Assembly (NCBI GenBank): GCA_035534715.1
Contig: DATLRJ010000011.1
Span: 1 to 46,030, forward strand
DNA length: 46,030 nt
Direction: 5' to 3'
Source: Acidimicrobiales bacterium
Lineage (GTDB): Bacteria; Actinomycetota; Acidimicrobiia; Acidimicrobiales; Bog-793
Shown: piece after piece, positions 43,808 to 46,030 of the stretch
Layout of the letters: each line of letters begins with the position of its first letter
Position numbering within the stretch: position 1 is the first letter of the stretch
Notes under the pieces: model-generated
What the model saw: only the letters and a program-made list of their open reading frames with translations
Told to the model about the DNA's origin: nothing
The model's database searches: none
Made by a program: the position numbers and the translations under genes

Positions 43808-44689
43808 ATGCTTCATTCGATAGGGTTCGGACTGGTCGACGCGTCCATCCTGGCCATCGCAGCACTCGGCTTCTCGCTCCAGTTCGGTGTGACCAACTAT
43901 GTGAACTTCGCGTACGGCGCCTACCTGTCCTTCGGCGCGTACATGGCAGTGTGGTCGAACTCGGGACCACTTCACCTGTCGATCTGGCTGAGCATGGTCG
44001 TCGCGGCGGTCACGACGGGCATGTTCTCATGGGTGGTCGACCGAGGCTTCCTCGCGCCCTTCATCCGGCGGCGCTCCGGCCTGATCTTCGCGCTCATCAT
44101 CACGTTCACGCTGTCGTTGGTGCTCGACGACGTCTACATCGTCATCTGGGGCACTACCTTTCGCGAGCTCAACTACTCGGCGCCACACACGATGTCGGTC
44201 GGCCCCTTCCTGTGGAGCCAGTACGACGTGATCTTCATGGCCTGTTCGATACTCCTGCTCATCGCGATGATGGCGCTGCTCGGACGCACGCGACTCGGTC
44301 GGATGATGCGGGCCATGGGCGACGACCTTGACCTTGCGCGCGTGTGCGGGTTCCGGACCCGGCGCGTGACGTCGGCCGTCGCGGTCATCTCTGGCGCCCT
44401 CGCTGGTCTCGCGGGAGTCATGCTCGCGATCGAGCAGCACACCTTCACGACCTCGATCGGCGACAACGTGCTCTTCCTCATCCTCGGTTCGGTCATCCTC
44501 GGGGGCATCGGGCGACCGGCGGGCGCCGTGCTCGGTGCGATCCTCGTCGGCGTCTCTGTGCAGGTCGCGGTGTTGTTCATTCCTGCCGGCCTCGCTCCGG
44601 TGCTCGTCTTCGTGGCGCTCATCGCCGTGATGCTGTTGCGGCCGGAGGGGCTCCTCGGTGCGACGACGCGTCCGGCCGGGCAACTGTGA
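43808..44689 (+). CDS. livH: Branched-chain amino acid-type ABC transporter permease (LivH family)
   Basis: Lies inside track ORF 43796..44689. ATG 43808 follows GGGAG with a 5-nt spacing. The N-terminus MLHSIGFGLVDASILAIAALGFSLQFG.. is typical of LivH. Confidence 0.88.
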   Translation: MLHSIGFGLVDASILAIAALGFSLQFGVTNYVNFAYGAYLSFGAYMAVWSNSGPLHLSIWLSMVVAAVTTGMFSWVVDRGFLAPFIRRRSGLIFALIITFTLSLVLDDVYIVIWGTTFRELNYSAPHTMSVGPFLWSQYDVIFMACSILLLIAMMALLGRTRLGRMMRAMGDDLDLARVCGFRTRRVTSAVAVISGALAGLAGVMLAIEQHTFTTSIGDNVLFLILGSVILGGIGRPAGAVLGAILVGVSVQVAVLFIPAGLAPVLVFVALIAVMLLRPEGLLGATTRPAGQL

Positions 44690-44749
44690 GCCGGCGTTGA
44701 TCCCGTCTCGATCCCTCGCAACCGTCCAGAGGAAAGCGACCTCGGAGAT

Positions 44750-45772
44750 ATGAGCGCCTTCGAGTTCCTGATCATCTCGCTCGGTACGTTCGGCGCCTTG
44801 AACGGGATCTTGGTTCTCGGCCTGAACCTTCAGTTCGGCACGGCGGGCATACTCAACCTGTCGTACTTCACGGCGGTCGCTGTCAGCGCGTACGCGACAG
44901 GCGTCGCGGAGCTCCACCACGCGCCGGGTGGGCTCGTGCAGTACATCGGGGGCTTCGGCTGGCCGTTCCTCCCATCGATCCTGTTCGGGATGGCCGTTGG
45001 CGCGGGCTTTACGTTCCTGCTCGGGAGCATGGCCTTTCTCCGCCTGCGGGAGGACTACCTCGGACTCACCCTTTTCGCCGTCCAGGCCGGGTGCCTCCTC
45101 GTCGTGACGGATTACCCGCCGCTGTTCGACGGGCCCCGCGGGCTCGTCGGCCTGTCGGGTCCGTTCCAGTCCACACTGTCGGCGAGCGGCTTCCAGGTGG
45201 AGTTCCTCGCGCTCACGGTGGTCGTCCTCGTCGCTGTCCTGCTTGTCCTCCAGCGCATCGATCGGTCGCCTCTTGGACGCATCTTCCGGGCGGTCCGGGA
45301 CGACGAGACCGCCGCAGCGGCGGTGGGCCAGGATCCATGGAGACGAAAGACTGCGGCGTTCGTCATCGGTGGCGCCACCGCCGGCCTCGGCGGGGCACTC
45401 TTCGCGACATACGTCGGTGGCTGGGACCCGGGCGCGTGGCAGACGCCGGAGACCCTCGTGCTCTTGTCGGCGCTGGTCGTAGGCGGCCGCGGACGCCCTC
45501 TCGGAGCGCTCCTCGGTTCGCTCTTCCTCATCGAAGGAATCAACGAGGCAGGGCTGTGGATCCCTACGATCGCGAACCGACCGGACCTTCTCCCCTCGCT
45601 GCAGGGGATCGCCACCGCCGCCGCACTCTTCGCCTTCTTGTGGTGGCGTCCGCAGGGGATACTGCCGGAGCGGCGGGAGCGGGTGGCGGATTTCGAGCGC
45701 CGGCGGAGAAGGCTCGCGCCTCGGCGCGTCCGACGCACGGCCGGCGCGACCGAGCCGGGCCGGCTCGCGTGA
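44750..45772 (+). CDS. livM: Branched-chain amino acid-type ABC transporter permease (LivM family)
   Basis: Track ORF 44750..45772. It is a polytopic product with ..RAVRDDETAAAAVG.. typical of LivM. Confidence 0.88.
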   Translation: MSAFEFLIISLGTFGALNGILVLGLNLQFGTAGILNLSYFTAVAVSAYATGVAELHHAPGGLVQYIGGFGWPFLPSILFGMAVGAGFTFLLGSMAFLRLREDYLGLTLFAVQAGCLLVVTDYPPLFDGPRGLVGLSGPFQSTLSASGFQVEFLALTVVVLVAVLLVLQRIDRSPLGRIFRAVRDDETAAAAVGQDPWRRKTAAFVIGGATAGLGGALFATYVGGWDPGAWQTPETLVLLSALVVGGRGRPLGALLGSLFLIEGINEAGLWIPTIANRPDLLPSLQGIATAAALFAFLWWRPQGILPERRERVADFERRRRRLAPRRVRRTAGATEPGRLA

Positions 45773-45908
45773 GCGCGCACGGCACGTGCCATTCGGACTG
45801 GATGCGGAGATGGGAAAGACCGACATGTCGTTGATCGATCGGCGGCGCCAGAGGCGCCGGGGCGCCGTCACCGGTGCGACCTCCAGCGAGAGGCCCGAGG
45901 GCGGGGCC

Positions 45909-46030
45909 ATGCTCCGCCTCGACCACGTGGCGTACAGCTACGGCGGCGTGCAGGCAGTGCGTGACGTGTCGCTCGAGGTGTCGCGTGGCGAGTTCTGCGG
46001 GCTGATCGGGCCGAACGGCGCCGGGAAGTC
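45909..46030 (+). CDS. livG: ABC transporter ATP-binding protein (LivG-like), N-terminal fragment running off the window
   Basis: The frame is open to the window end. MLRLDHVAYSYGGVQAVRDVSLEVSRGEFCGLIGPNGAGK includes the Walker A motif. In-frame ATG 45825 is an alternative start. It is not in the ORF track because no stop lies in the window. Confidence 0.8.
   Translation, partial: MLRLDHVAYSYGGVQAVRDVSLEVSRGEFCGLIGPNGAGK

Noticed and set aside
44027-45910. 627-aa minus-strand ORF antisense to livH and livM
   Set aside because: Its composition is highly charged and Arg/Glu/Asp-rich. It lies opposite two clear polytopic permease genes. This is a GC artefact.
1-46030. Mobile element, prophage, toxin-antitoxin or defence island
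   Set aside because: I recognised no transposase, integrase, recombinase, restriction, Cas, abortive-infection or toxin-like ORF. No terminal inverted repeats were seen. Composition is uniformly GC-rich except for short promoter spacers.

Overview
Very GC-rich, actinobacterial-type chromosomal segment made almost entirely of core genes. Positions 1-18150 hold a complete division/cell-wall (dcw) cluster: mraZ (5' truncated), rsmH, ftsL-like, ftsI, murE, mraY, murD, ftsW, murG, murC, murB, ftsQ, ftsZ, pgeF, yggS, sepF, yggT, divIVA. Most of these are joined by 4-nt stop/start overlaps, and murF is absent from its usual slot. Downstream come ileS (minus strand), DUF167, a DksA/TraR zinc-finger protein, lspA, rluD, a short sigma-70 family factor, a histidine phosphatase, and an Rrf2 regulator divergent from an AlkP-family/PduO/pepA/ppgK operon. 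Then follow an IMPase, a DUF164 zinc-ribbon protein, two lipoproteins, and an ECF sigma/ZAS anti-sigma module flanked by a Yx(FWY)xxD lipoprotein and a phosphoesterase. The window ends with a PLP dehydratase and an IclR regulator divergent from a benzoylformate-decarboxylase-like ThDP enzyme plus a LivJHMG-type ABC importer (livG cut by the window end). I found no rRNA, tRNA, CRISPR array, IS or transposase, or phage or defence gene, and no convincing new multi-gene system. The most unusual signals are small-scale. Three tandem-repeat arrays sit exactly on gene 3' ends and re-copy the stop-codon region. Perfect in-frame minisatellites lie in ftsW and divIVA. ileS has a leaderless-looking back-to-back start arrangement where a T-box leader would be expected. 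The sigma factor has a shortened region 3 and a long AT-richer leader. The many long Arg/Pro/Gly-rich ORFs antisense to these genes in the ORF track are treated as GC artefacts.
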